A stretch of 64,000 nt of DNA. It comes from the human T2T-CHM13v2.0 reference genome, Homo sapiens. Within the stretch, counting starts at the first letter, position 1. Each line of letters begins with the position of its first letter. Made by a program: the position numbers and the translations under genes. Where the stretch lies: the NCBI RefSeq assembly GCF_009914755.1, contig NC_060931.1; one strand, 5' to 3'. The notes under the pieces are model-generated. The model was given only the letters and a program-made list of their open reading frames with translations. It made no database searches and was not told where the DNA came from. Shown here piece after piece: positions 12,376 through 24,817 of this stretch.

Positions 12376-14319
12376 AGAATCAGAAATCCACCAGTCCTCA
12401 AAACACAAACTCACTCTCTGTCTGTTTGCTGCCACCGGCTCCCCCACCCCACCAGAGCTGTTCAAAATCCTAGTTCCTCTGTGCCAGCTCCCTGGGTTCT
12501 AATAAAGGTTAAAATAGAGGCTTTATAATTCTAGCTATACACGAGCATCACCTGGAGAACTTTAAACAACACTGCTGCCCGAACCACAGCTGAGAGCTTC
12601 TGATTCATTTGGCCCGGGGTAGTTGTGGAAAGCTCTGATGACTCTAGTGGGCAGCCCAGGTTTCATACTGGGGTCAGAGGTTAGGGCTTTGCTGGGGAAG
12701 CAGTGAGTATCTGCTAGGGGGCAGCCCAGTCCTAACGGGGGTAGTGCTGCTGCCACCTCAACGTGTTGCTGGGAGCAAGGAGCTCTGTTTTCACCTTTTT
12801 GGCCTGAGGTCGCCGAAGGTGCAGGGAATCGACGCCTGATCTTGGAGGCTCTCTGCCTTGCAGGATCTGCCTGCAACACTCTGCTGGCCTAGAGAGATGG
12901 CCTCCAGCCTCTGTCACTGGTGCCAGACACTCCTCCCTCGCAGCCAGGCAAGTCAGGAGGGTTGTCTCTTTGCAGGCAGAGCCTTGGGTTCCCCAGGGCT
13001 GGTAGAAGTGACCAAGCCCTTTAGGGGCCACCAGTGCTAGGTCACGCCAGAGGCAGCCTGTGGCCACCAGGGGCGTGGCAAGCCCTGGGAGCTGGTACAG
13101 AGACGGAAGCCTGAGTGCCTGGTAGAGATGGTGCCTCAGGGTGCCTAGAAGTGCTGAGGCCAGTGCTTGCCCAGCCTGCCCTGTCCTCCCTGACCCACAG
13201 GAGGAGGCTGGGCCAGTGTTGCCATGGCTCCCAGGCTTCTCGGAGCATCTCTTGGGATATCTGAGGCCTCCCTCCCCATCTCTGCATAATATGGGGAGAT
13301 GGGGGCTCCCTCTTTTTGAGCCTTCCTGCAGCTGGTTTTATTTCTGCTTTTTGGATGCCTGCTTATCTCCAGCTTAAGCTTGGAGAGGCCCTGTGGGAGG
13401 CAAGGAGAGAGGGAGGGGACGTGGTTAGGCAGAGAGTGAGGGACACAAAGACCCCTGGGGTGCAGCAGCTCTGCCTGCTGGTGGGGGGGTGTGCGAAGAC
13501 TAATGGTTGGGATGCACATGTAGGATTTGCTTGGGCCCCCCATGGCCTCCCGGGCCAGGCACCTGTGGGTTAGCAGTGCCCTGATATGGGCCTACTCAAT
13601 CTCTTTTATAATAATTTAATAGTAATAATAATTTTTAAATAACCATAACCATCGTACAGCTGAACTGGAGCCTATTTAGCAGTGCCTGTTGACGGATGCT
13701 TTGCTGTCCCATTTTTTATTGTTGATGCTATTTTAAAGGATGCTGTGGTGAATGTGCTTGCATATGCTTCTTTTTGTCCAATTGCAAATATTTATCAGAT
13801 GCAGAATTGCTGTGTTGTAGGGTATATGTCGTAATGATCAATTTTAGAAGCAGAGTATACTCTTCCCCTGGGAGCGTGCTGGGCTCTTGCAGCCTCCTTT
13901 TTTGACTCCCTGTAACCTGTCTCTCTGGTCCCCACCAGTGGCCCCAGTCCTTGCAGGCCTGCCCCCTTGGAGCTCCTGCAGCTCTGAGGCCTGAGCACAT
14001 GCTTCACCTGTCACCGTGTTTTCCGTGTCATGGTTTAAGACTTCATCCCGAAGATGAAGTAGAGTGAGGTAGGGCAAAAAGTGGGTGTAATTGTTAGGGT
14101 ACCAGGCCAGGCAGCTGGAACAAAGAGGCCTTTTAAGGGGGTAAATTAGCTAGAAGGTGGTTTCCCTCTGGCGTAACAGTCTGGGGCTAGGTGGGCCTCC
14201 AGGCAGGCTGGGTGGCTGGGCTCCACGAGGTTGCTTGGCGATCCTGCCTCCTCTTGCAGCATTGCGCCCTACCCACTCAGATACGGTTCACGTCCACACT
14301 GTCAAAGTGGGGTTTGTTA

Positions 14320-14570
14320 TTTGGGAAGGGTTAAAGAGCAAGAGCAGAGATCATGCCATGCCCTCATGCACAGAGGGTGCAGATGGGACCACATGCTGCC
14401 ACTCACATTCCATAAGTGCTAATAACTTCATCATGTGCCCACACCTCCAAGCAAGAGATACCAGGAAATATCATCTCTAGGTGAGCATGCATGTGCCAGC
14501 TAAAACTTTGTCACTGTGGAGGAGGGGGAAAATGCAAAGGTTTGGGGAGGCAATCCCTCTGTTGCCAAGG
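14320..14570. mobile_element. MaLR (MLT1-type) LTR fragment
   Basis: gccactcacattccat...tgtgcccacacctccaagcaag...ggaaatatcatctctag pattern; subfamily uncertain. Confidence 0.45.
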
Positions 14571-14911
14571 AGAAAGCCATTCCAGACCATGCCAGGAGAC
14601 TGGTGGAGCTGAGCCAGTGTGTGCCCACAGTATCGCCAGCACCTAGCACAGACTGAGTGCCTAGCACATGTTTGCAGGGCAGAAGAAGAAAGAGCAAGAC
14701 GGATGCAGGCAGGGAGGTGGGGTTATCCTTGGAGGCTGAGAGCCGTGCTGCAGGGAGCTGGGGGAATAAGGAAGGGAGGTGGTCTTGCCCCCGGCCACTG
14801 CACTGGGCTCACAGGATTCACACCTTTCCTTCCTCTCTAGCCCAGAGACACATTGGGGCTGACCTGCCGCTGCTGTCAGTGGGAGGCCAGTGGTGCTGGC
14901 CAAGAAGTGTC

Positions 14912-14962
14912 ATGGCTGGTGTCGTGCACGTTTCCCTGGCTGCTCTCCTCCTGCTGCCTATG
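14912..14962 (+). CDS. ADCYAP1R1: Exon 2 coding part: signal peptide MAGVVHVSLAALLLLPM (exon probably starts 14841)
   Basis: Acceptor ttcctctctag ending 14840; ATG in gtcATGg context; donor ATG|gtaagg; 51 nt, phase 0. Confidence 0.96.
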
Positions 14963-15659
14963 GTAAGGGCCCAGGAACATCTCTCTGGGAGCCCCAGGCT
15001 CACCTGAGTCCCCGCTCCAGAGAACTCATGTTTTTTCTGTACCCTCAGCTCAGCTCTTCATCTGGCTGGTATTTCTGCCAACACCACCACTGGGCCACCC
15101 AGTGCCTTTGTGTGAATCAGAAAAGACATGCCTTCCTCAAGACCCTGTACTGATTTGACCAGAAATGATTACAAAATTTACAAATCTTTATGATGCAACC
15201 TTTAGAGTTGCACAGTACACAACCTGCTCAACTGAATGCAGGAGCCCTGGTCAGGGCTGCAGAAGCCTCTTTCAATTTTCTCGTCACCAGCCCACAATGC
15301 CCTGCCAGGATAGAACTCAGAAGCCTGCCCCCTGCTCAGGTCTCTCCCTGAGTGAAGGTGGGGATGGGGAGTGAGCAGAGGAGGACTCCCAGGTTTTGGT
15401 CCCGCCACTCTACCTGAGAGTTCAGAGTAGCAGTGGGTGAGGCTGTCCTCAGAACCCTGGGTACCAGTCCTGCCTCTGGCCTGACTCACTGTGTGGCCAT
15501 AGACAAGCCTGTCCCTTTCCCTGAGAACTGCCTGCACATCTGTGAATAGTAGGGATTGGACTATGTCCCCAAAAATGGCCCTTGGCAATCAAATGCCTTG
15601 TGACTGCCTCCACACTTGCTGACATCCCCCTGGGAACCATCCCTGCCCTGGGGTTTTGA

Positions 15660-16290
15660 GTTAAAGGGACGGCATTTGGCAGCAGCTGTCATGATAGCAG
15701 TGCATGGGCTGTGAAGTTACTTGGTCCTGAACTTGAAGCCCATATCTGCTATTAACCAGTGGTATAACTTTGGGCTGGAGTTTCTTAACCTCTCTGAGCC
15801 CCAGTTTCTCCTTCTGTAAATAAGGGTGGCGAGTAGGCCCCACTAAATAGCAGCACTGCTCCTTAGCCTGCAGCTGCCGGGGGCACTTTTTTCCTGAGTT
15901 CCTGGAGAAGAGAGAAAATGAGCTTTCTCAGCCTGACTTCTCCCCTACCACTTGTTTTCTCCTCTAAACTGCAGTAGTAGCCTCGTGGCTGCTAGAGTCA
16001 GGCCTCCTGGGTTCGAATCCTGGCTTTTCAGCCTACTGAGCCATATGACTTTGAGCAAGTGACTTAACATCTCTGTACTTAAGTTTCCACATCAGTAAAA
16101 TGGAAAATGATAAAAATAGTACTTCATAGTACTCTCCAGATCCATACACACACACACATATGACACTCAGAATAATGCATGCACAGAGTGAAGTGCTATA
16201 TGCGCTTGCTAATATTATTATAAGATGTGGAAACTGAGACCCCAGGAGGGAGTGGGACCTGTCCAAAGCCACACATTGAGTTGGTGACTG
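15660..16290. mobile_element. Cluster of MIR fragments upstream of exon 3
   Basis: cttaacctctctgagccccagtttctccttctgtaaa; ctgggttcgaatcctggct...tgactttgagcaagtgacttaacatctctg; gaaactgagacccag-like core. Confidence 0.7.
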
Positions 16291-16477
16291 AGAAGAGCCC
16301 TTATGGTGTCTCTCAAGGTGAATGTCAGGGCCCCTGCTGGCCCTGACATCTCTTGTCACCCTCCTCTCTGCTTCTGCTCCCCACTCCCCCCAAGACACTG
16401 CCCCTGGGGCTTTGGTAGGAGAGCTTACAGATGGGCCTCCTACCCGCTCCCACCATCCATCCTGTGTTCTCCTACAG

Positions 16478-16583
16478 GCCCCTGCCATGCATTCTGACTG
16501 CATCTTCAAGAAGGAGCAAGCCATGTGCCTGGAGAAGATCCAGAGGGCCAATGAGCTGATGGGCTTCAATGATTCCTCTCCAG
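16478..16583 (+). CDS. ADCYAP1R1: Exon 3: [35 protein letters not shown] (extracellular domain helix)
   Basis: ctcctacag|GCC ... CCAG|gtgagc; 106 nt, ends phase 1. Confidence 0.97.
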
Positions 16584-17099
16584 GTGAGCGGGGCGGCAGG
16601 GAGCATGCCACGTCCCCAGTGCCAGCTTTTAGAACTGTTTTCCTGTGCTCAGGCTCGGCCAGTGAGTGGTCAAGGTATGGGTTTCTGGGGACTTCAGAAG
16701 GCCCTCGAGAATACTGATGTCCTGGATCTGCTCTGGGCAATGATGCTGGGGTTGCTCTCCTCAAGGCTGATGTGGTCTGGATGCCTCACAGCTGTTCTGG
16801 GTGACTGGACATGGCTGCCTTCTCTCCCACAGGAGCTGGGATAGCACTGGTGCCTGAGCTGGGCAGTGGCTGTCAAGAGCTTGTTAGCAGGCAGCATGGG
16901 CCTGGTGGCAGCAGGGACACAGCTATTGCCTGTGGCTGAGCTGTACAGCACTTGGTCAACCCAGGGCAGGAAACGTGGGGTCCTTTCCCACCTCTTCTGC
17001 TCATTGCATCAGAAGCCAGAGAAGAAAGCAGCAGCAGGAACTTCAGTCTTGAAGACTTGGGTACAACGCTTCTCCTGGGGCTGCCTTTGAGGAGGGTCC

Positions 17100-17263
17100 T
17101 GCTTCCCTCCACTGGAGGAAGCACACATTGCAGGACATTGAGCGTTCTTAGCCTCTCCCTCTAAATGCCCATAACGTCCCCGATCCCAATGACAATCACA
17201 AAATGCCTCCCAAGATTTCAAATGTCCCAAGGGAGTGGCACGATCCCTGGTAAGAACCAGTGG
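17100..17263. mobile_element. MER20-like hAT-Charlie element
   Basis: tgacaatcacaaaatgcctcc...aaatgtccc...ggtaagaaccagtg resembles the MER20 3' part. Confidence 0.55.
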
Positions 17264-18244
17264 CCCCATCGAACCCCTCTCCTAACTCTCCATTGTGCAG
17301 ATGGGAAGCTAAGGCTCACAGAGCAAAGGCGCCCTCAGCTCTTGGCCTCAGGGGAAGTTGGGGATTTAGGGGAGGGGGCATCACAGAGGCCTCTCCAACC
17401 TCACTTTTGCCTTAATCGTTGAAGGACTGGCTCCGTGCTGCCTAAGGGTAGGGCTCTCTGCTCAGGCTGGAGGGATTCATTTTCCTTCTGGATCCTCCTG
17501 GCTCCTCTGAGCACCATGTATTTAAGCACTTGACTAATCTGCAGCCCAGTTAAATGGAATGGTCCCACTGGACGGAGCTGCCCAGCCAGTTGCTTCTCAG
17601 TGAGCATTAACTGGTGAGGGAGCTACTCTGGACCGTGCCGGCCTTTGCCTCCGCTGAGCTCTTGCTCAGCCCTAACCAAGGTTGAACGTGGATTCGGGGC
17701 CCCACCAGTGAGGGAAACTGAGGCAGGGGGCCCAGAAGGGCACACAGTTGGAGGAGACCCAAAGAATATCCCAAGAATATCTGGTCCAAGTCTCTGTTTG
17801 GAGGATGGGACTGCCGAGCCCTGAGGGCAGGGATGGTGTGGATCACATGGAGGATCAGGCTGAGGTGGGTCTGGAACCCAGGTGTCCTGCTCCCAACCCA
17901 GGGCCATTGTTCCTGCATTGCGTGTCTCAGATACATTTGGGGTTGAGCGACAAAATCATCCAGGAGGGAAGAATAAAGGCAGGGGCTGGGGTGGGACAGG
18001 GACCTCGGTGTAGGCTGTGTGCAGTTTAATTGCTCACCTGCTTGTTGAACTCTGGGCTGAGAGGGCAAGACAGGCCTGTCCACAGGGATGTCGTGGCAGA
18101 GAAGGGAGATGGATGCCAGGCTGGAAATACAGCATCCCTGGAAGGGCCAGGCCAGTGCTGGGGAGGAGGTCTCACCTGCAGGTGTCCTCAGGAGAGGAAG
18201 AGATGAGTTCTTTGTGGGAAGGATTCATATATTGAAACTGGATC

Positions 18245-18417
18245 CTTGCTTCTTAAACCTGGCTGCACATCTGAATCACTGGGGAACTTTCAGAAAAACG
18301 TACTCCAGCCACAATCCAAACCAATTAAATCAGAAGCTTGGGTCTGTCATAGTCACCATAGTTTTTAAAAGCTCCCCAGGCGATTCTAATGAGAAGCTGG
18401 TGTTGAGAACCCTTGAG
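18245..18417. mobile_element. MER5-family element
   Basis: aacctggctgcacatctgaatcactggggaacttt...aattaaatcagaa...tttttaaaagctccccaggcgattctaat...gttgagaacc. Confidence 0.75.
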
Positions 18418-19842
18418 CTAGGCCCAAGGGATAAGTAGGCATTTGAAGGTGGTGGAGAATTGAGGGACAGACGAATGGGTGAACACTGTAGGCTGAGGAA
18501 TCCACAAGAGGCAGGAGCCTGGTGTTTTTGGCAGTAGTGAGTAACCTCCTGTATTTGGAACTCAGTATTGGAGCAGATGGGTTGGGCTATTGAGGGGGCA
18601 TGGCTGAGGGCCCAGGGAGCAGATATTGTGTATTTCATGTCATCTCCACTGGAGATGAAGGTGGGGGAAAACAGTGGCCGGCTCCCACTGAGCTGGCATC
18701 TCTGCAACTGCCCCAGGGGCTCCACTTGTGCCCTCTCAGGGACCTTGTGAGTCAGGGCTGGCCATAGGAGGTCAGGGTGTGAAGGATTCTCCAAGAATTG
18801 AGTGAATAGCTCTCCTTTAACCCTGTCCAGATGGGAGAGGAGGCTGCACCCTCTCACGATCTGCTAAGGAGAGGGTCCCTCATCTATCCCTACTCGTCCC
18901 CTCCCTTGAATCATAGGGTGGGGCTTTATAAAATAGAGCTGAGCTAATTAAGCAGAAGCAAAGGGCAGCCATTAGGTGGGAAAGAGGAAAAGAGTAAAGG
19001 CCCAGTTGGACCACCAACTCCATGACCCTTTCCTGCTCTGGGCCTCAGGAGCTTCTCTTTTAAAATGAGTGGAGTGGGGTGGATCATGTTAATAGCCAGA
19101 CCCTCTATAGACTTCCTGTGTGCCAGGCTCTGTGCCAGCACTTCATTCTATCACCACAGCAGCTGGAGGGTGGGGGTGGGTCTATTATGACCCCTATTTT
19201 ATAGATAAGTGAACTGAGGCACAAGGAGGTACTTTGCTTAAGGACATAGTCCATTAAGAGGCAGAGGCAGCCTGTACCCTCAACTGCTGGGATGCACCAC
19301 CTCTAAAGAGTGACATGCTGTGGGTCCCAGCACCCCCCCGGGCGCAGCACCAGCCATGGGATCTTTGAAGGGCCCTTAACACCTTAATTTTCATGTCTGA
19401 AAAATGGAGGAAAAATGATACCTACCACATAGGATTATTGCATTAAGTGATAAAAGCCTGTGAGAAGTGCTAAGGACAGCGTATGGGATTTACTAAGCAC
19501 TTAACTAAGACACTGTAGTTATTAGGAGCTGTCATCTTGGAGTGTTGGGGGTTTCCAGGGCTCCCACCTTCTGCTACATCCCAGTTCTTCTGGGGAGTAG
19601 AGAGACATCTCTAGGAAGCAGGTCAGCGCCACTTGGAACAATCCTGGAAGCCCCTCTGGAAGAGCAGGGGAGAAGTTAGGGAGCAGATCTGGGCTTCAGA
19701 GGGCAGATGGAGAGTACAGGAAGGTGGAGAGAAGCGTTCCGCTGGGGAAGGGTGGAAAGGGAGCAGTGAGTAAGGTGGGTGGGCACCGTAACAGCCAGCA
19801 CTTCAAGGCGGGCACTGGGTTCTCTGTCTCTGTCTCTCTCAG

Positions 19843-19854
19843 ACACGCACGCAT

Positions 19855-19896
<42 letters not shown>

Positions 19897-19899
19897 ACA
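19843..19899. repeat. Compound (GC)n(CA)n microsatellite, uninterrupted purine-pyrimidine alternation
   Basis: acacgcacgcatgtgcgcgcgcgc(ac)n gtaca. Confidence 0.95.
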
Positions 19900-20629
19900 A
19901 GAACGCATTTAACCCTCACCAGCCTATGGGCTGGGTAGAGTTTTACCCCCACTTAACAGATGAGGCTGCTTAGACACAGAGACGTTAGGTTGCTTGTCTC
20001 TTACCTAGTAAACCCCTCAGCCGGGAAGGTGGAGCCAAGCTGTGCATGTGGATGGTTCTGGAGTCCGTGCCTTCACCCCTGGGCTGCATTTGCTGCTCAG
20101 AAGAGGAGTGAGGAGACGCCCTGGCCCTCAGCTTTCCCCTTGTCAGGGTGAAAGGTCATACAGCAGAGGCAGTTGCAATGAGGCTGGAAAGAGGCCTTGG
20201 GAGACAGGGACCCTGAAATGTGCTCCAGGTCCACCCTTTTCTTAGCTATGAAAAGGCCAAAGGGTGTTTGTGTTTCTAAGGCCCAGGAGAGAATGAGGTC
20301 TCGGCCTCTAATGACTTGCTTGGGAAGGAGAGGGGCAGGCCAGGGTGAGGGGAGGCCCCTGGGGAGGCTGTCCTGAGAAGCAGTGTCCATCTTGCTCACT
20401 TTGGGGCTGTTGTCTGAAGAGCTTGCCCTGCAGGCTGAGGTTGGGGGACTCCCCTCAAGGGCCTCAAGTTCAGGGATAGCATTGACCTTGCTGTCACTCA
20501 TCAGGGGAGGCCTTACTCTTCCCCCATTGAACCTTCAAGAACCTCTGGCCTGCTCTTAGGGGTACCCTGGCTGGAGCTGGGCTTCTTGGCTCCAAATTAA
20601 ACACACTTGTGAAAGATGGGCCTCTACCC

Positions 20630-20800
20630 CTCTCATCATACCTGCAGCACTGTAGAGCCCCCAGGAGCATTTAAAGGTGCTGATGTCGAGGCCCCTCTCC
20701 AGACCAAAGTCCTCAGCATTTGGGTTGGGGGGGTCCATGCAGATCTGTGTTAAAAGCCTCCAGGTGATTCTAAAGTGTACCCAGGTCTGAGAACCACTGG
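20630..20800. mobile_element. MER5-family element
   Basis: aaaagcctccaggtgattctaaagtgtacccaggtctgagaaccactg. Confidence 0.65.
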
Positions 20801-22389
20801 CCAGAGCACAGCATCCACCAGGGTACTCAAGTGATCTCAGGCAGAGAGCAGCCCCTCAGGGCCCAGATAAACCAGGCTGGGGAGCTCACTACTAGCTGAG
20901 TCAAATCTGAGCGTACCAAAGAATCGACATCTGTGCGTTGTGTTATTAATCCGTGCCAGTCCTCCTGCTGCATCTCTTTCCTGCACCTTCCCTGCCCGGG
21001 TGGTCCCCAAGCACACACGCCATGCACAGAACGCTGGCCAAAGGTCAGCTGATGTCCTTGAAACACACTTGAAAAAGGAAACCTGGCAGCTTGTTCCAAT
21101 GCCTGTTGAGTGTAAACTCACAACAGTGTCTTTTATCTAGGTTTAATATATTTGTATATATTTTGTGTGTCTCTCATAATTTTTTAAATCTAGTAATATG
21201 AGTCAATTGGAACAAGAGCCCTGATCTGTTAGTTGAATTATGTCTGTGGCACTGTGTGTGTGGCTGGGGGGCTCCAGGGGGATGCAGGAAAGTACTTGTT
21301 TCCTTCAAGCCCCTGCTCCTCACTGGTCCTGGGACCTCTACCCTAAAGAGAACCTAGGATGGTGCTGTGCAGAGTGGCCTTCAGAGTGGTAGCCAGGAGA
21401 CAGATGCACTGAGGGGAGGCACCCATGGTAGCAGGCAGCTTAATGGGGGTGAAAAATAGAGCCCAGAGAGGTGGCCGTGGGGAGTGAAAGCAAGCTTGGA
21501 GCCTGCCTTGCATTGTTTGCAAAATCCTTGGCATGTTTTAAAGGTGTTTATTGAGGAGAGGAGGGGGTTTGGAGACATAGTCATTTTGTCCCTTGTTCCA
21601 AACCCCCAAATGCTAATGGGATTTAAGCCAATACCAAGTTGGCTCTGTCATATGATGCCCACAGAGGCTGAGGCCAGAGGTGGTGGTCATTGGCCAACCA
21701 CATTGGGGGCCAGAGCCAGCTCTGGGGTGGGATCCAGGTCTGTTATATCAGACAGGGAGTGCCCTTTCTCCCACAGTGCTCTTGTGACCAGAAGGGAGGG
21801 ACAAAGGACGCCTGTACCTGGGAATTGGCATCTCCAGGCCACACAGCCCCCAGGCTCCGTTCCTTCTGCAGTCTGCCTGCCCAGAATGAGACCAGCCAGC
21901 ATCTCCTCTTTGCAGGGCTGCAGGTTTTCATCAGCCCAGAAACCTTCCCTGCATCTAAGCAGGGTTGGTCGGTGTGGTCCTCCATGGGGGTCCCCACACT
22001 CTAGTGGAGGAGGAAGAGGAGGCCTGTGGTGGCCATGGCAGGGGCAGCAGAGAGCAGACTTGGAGGGAGGAGGGAAAGGCCTGCTCATTGCTATTCTGAC
22101 CTGGTCTCAGAGGCCTGCCCAGGGCACCAAATGCCTTGAACCAGTCCTCTCTACGTTCAATAGGGGGGAGAGGCCAAGAGGAAGGAAGCACATCAGGGCT
22201 GGGCCCAGGCTTCCCCATCCTTAGAGCAGGAGGAGCTTCTTGTCTGGGCCTCTCAGCTGCTCTGAGACTCAAAAGGCATCAAGCCTGAGGAAAGGGTGGT
22301 GTCTGCAGGGACCCTCATGCTGAGGAACTTATTCGCTGTCTGACACAGGGTGTCACTTCTATCCAAACTTGTGTCTTCGTGAAGTCTGG

Positions 22390-22556
22390 TCATTCTAAAA
22401 CTTGAATATCAGATCTTCTGTTAAAACACAGATTTCTGGGCCCACCTCCAGCAGTTTCTGATTCAGTAGATCTGGATGAGGCCTGAGCATCTGCATTTCC
22501 AGCAAGTTCCCAGGTGATGTTGCCGGTCTGTGGTCCATATCTTGAGAATCACTGAC
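22390..22556. mobile_element. MER5A-like element
   Basis: cagatttctgggcccacctccag...tctgattcagtagatctgg...ctgcatttccagcaagttcccaggtgatg...ttgagaatcactg. Confidence 0.8.
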
Positions 22557-23339
22557 TTCCAAAGGCGAGGGCGGCATCTTTAGTCCTATGCCACCCCCAG
22601 CACTCAGCTCACAGTGGGATCCTCATTTCATGGAACAGAAACATTGGCCATAAAGTAAATTTCGGTAAATTGAATTGTTTTTACCCTTAGATTGCATGCT
22701 AAAATGGGGACCTTGTTCTAACAATACCTGGGCATCCTCAGGTGGCTTCTCAAAGGGAGGACCATGGCTTTGCCTGAGTCTCTTTGGTGCCCTGCTCTAT
22801 GGAGTTTTGAACACTGTGGAACTGGACAAAATCATCACCATGACAACCCAGGATTAGCTCCTTATTTTGTTCCAGACAAAAGCTAATAGCTTATGCGTTC
22901 TCTTTCAGTCGCTCTGCCTGAGTGGATCCCTTTCCTCCTGCTCTCACACTTCACTGCCACTCCTGGGCACTTTATAAGGTCTTAGGTGGAAGCAGCTAGG
23001 GAGAGTGTACGCAGCACTCCCCGACCCACCCCTGGGCCTGAATTCCTCTCCCCATGTCCCCCACTGGGGGCCTATACACAGATGGAGCCATGAGGCTTGG
23101 AGTGTTGTCAGGAGTGGAGAGGTCTCACAGAGAACAGGATCTGTTCTCATTTTCAACCTCTGGAGGACGAAGGGGAGGACGGGAACTTGGCCTGGGCTAC
23201 ACTCGGCCATCTCCTCCCTGAAACATGTTTTCCTGGCTGCTGTGTCCCTTGCCTGTCCTGGTTTTCTTCCTCAGTCTTCTTTGCCAAGGCCTTTTCTAAA
23301 TGCTGGCATTTCTGTTGGGGCCAGGCCTATTCTCTCCTG

Positions 23340-23750
23340 TTTTCTTCCCTGATCTTTGCTCTCTCACTAGAAAAACCATCCATGTCCGTGGACTAAATAG
23401 TATCCCTGTGCTGCCTACTCCCTGCCCTCTTCTCCAGTTGCTACTTCTCTAGACTCCAGACTTTTTTCCAGCTGCCTACTTCGACAGCTGTCTCCTCTTG
23501 GCTCTTAGCACCATCTCAAACTGAACATACCCCAGACTAAGCTCTTGCTTTCCAACTTGCCTAATTCCCCCAACATCTGGTTCTCACCTGGCCCTTTCCA
23601 CTGTGGTAAATGATCCATCCATCCATCCATCCATCCATCCATCCATCCATCCACCCACCCACCCACCCACCCATCAATCTACTTGTTCATCCAGACGCTG
23701 AAGCCAGAAACCTGGGAGACATCCTTGGTACCTCTCTCCCCTGCACTGTG
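23340..23750 (+). mobile_element. L2 LINE fragment containing a (TCCA)n/(CCCA)n repeat at 23613-23675
   Basis: catctcaaactgaacatacccagact-like segment and aagccagaaacctgggagacatccttg. Confidence 0.6.
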
Positions 23751-24100
23751 TTGGCCTCGACTCTGCAGCAGTAACAAATCAATCTTAAAATCTCAGAAAC
23801 TTAGCACAGTAACATTTCTTGCGTGCATGTATCATAGGCCAGTGTGATCAGCAGAGGTAGGAGGTGGAGCTCAACTTCACACAGTCATTCAGGGATCCAG
23901 GTTTCTACCATCTTGGAACACTGCTACCCTTAACATGTGGCCTTCAAGGGTGGTCCAGAGAAGGAAGAAAGGCAGGCTGTGGAAGCTTATGAGGGACATT
24001 TTAGAGGTGGATTCTGCACTTCCACCCTCTCACCATTGGCATGCCCTCAGTCATGTGATGTGGGTGAACACTAACCGTCTTTTGCAGACTTGCCAGCCAG
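23750..24100. mobile_element. Old ERVL/MaLR LTR fragment (LTR33/MLT1L-like)
   Basis: gcagtaacaaatc...aaaatctcagaaacttag...cagtcattcagggatccagg. Confidence 0.5.
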
Positions 24101-24328
24101 GTCCAGCCAGTGTGTTGCCAAGCCCTGTCAGCTCTGCTCCCGACTCTGTCCGACACAGGACTCCTCTCCAACCCTGCTGCCATTGCTCCAAATCAAGCTT
24201 TTTCATCTCACCCCTAGACTATAGCCATGTCCTAACAGGCTTCCCCATGTCTGCATGTCTGCTATTGGACTATATGATCTTCCCCACACAACCAAATCCA
24301 AGTGTGACTCCTTGTCTTAAAGCCTCTC

Positions 24329-24817
24329 TGTGGTAGGTCGAATAATGCCCCCACCCCGGCCTGAGAGGCCCACGTCATCCTAATCCCTGAAACCTGTAAT
24401 ATGTTACTTTACATAACAAAAAGAACTTTGCAGAGGGAATTAAGGATCTTGAACTGAGAATTTTATCCTGGGTTATTTGGGTGGACACAGAATAATCACA
24501 TGGGTCCTTATAAGTGAAAGATGGAAGCAGGAGAATCAGAGAAGAGAGACTTGAGGATGCAAAGCTGCTGGTTTCAAAGAGGGAGGAAGGGGCCATGGGC
24601 CCAGGAATGTGGGTGGCCTCTTAAATCTGGAAAAGGCAAGGAAATGGATTCTCCCCTAGAACCTCCAGATGAAATGCAACCCTGCTGACACCTTAATTTT
24701 AGCCCAGTGAGACCCATTTCAGACTTCTGACCTGCAGGAATATAAGATGATGAGTTGTGCCATTTTAAGACAGTAAGTTTGCTTACAAACTTACAGCAGC
24801 AGTAGGGAATGAGTACA
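24329..24817 (+). mobile_element. MLT1D-like solo LTR (ERVL-MaLR)
   Basis: TG...CA termini; cctaatccctgaaacctgtaatatgttac...ggaaaaggcaaggaaatggattctcccctagaacctcc...gacttctgacct. Confidence 0.85.

Noticed and set aside
14657-14911. Genomic in-frame N-terminal extension of PAC1
   Set aside because: Mostly intronic; in the spliced mRNA TGA 4319-4321 closes the frame and there is no upstream ATG.
21484-22224. 246-aa intronic ORF
   Set aside because: Non-ATG start, no domain similarity recognised, no convincing splice signals; consistent with chance in GC-rich DNA.
23613-23675. (TCCA)n as a NOVA YCAY cluster
   Set aside because: Simple repeat inside an L2 relic, about 6 kb from any confirmed exon.
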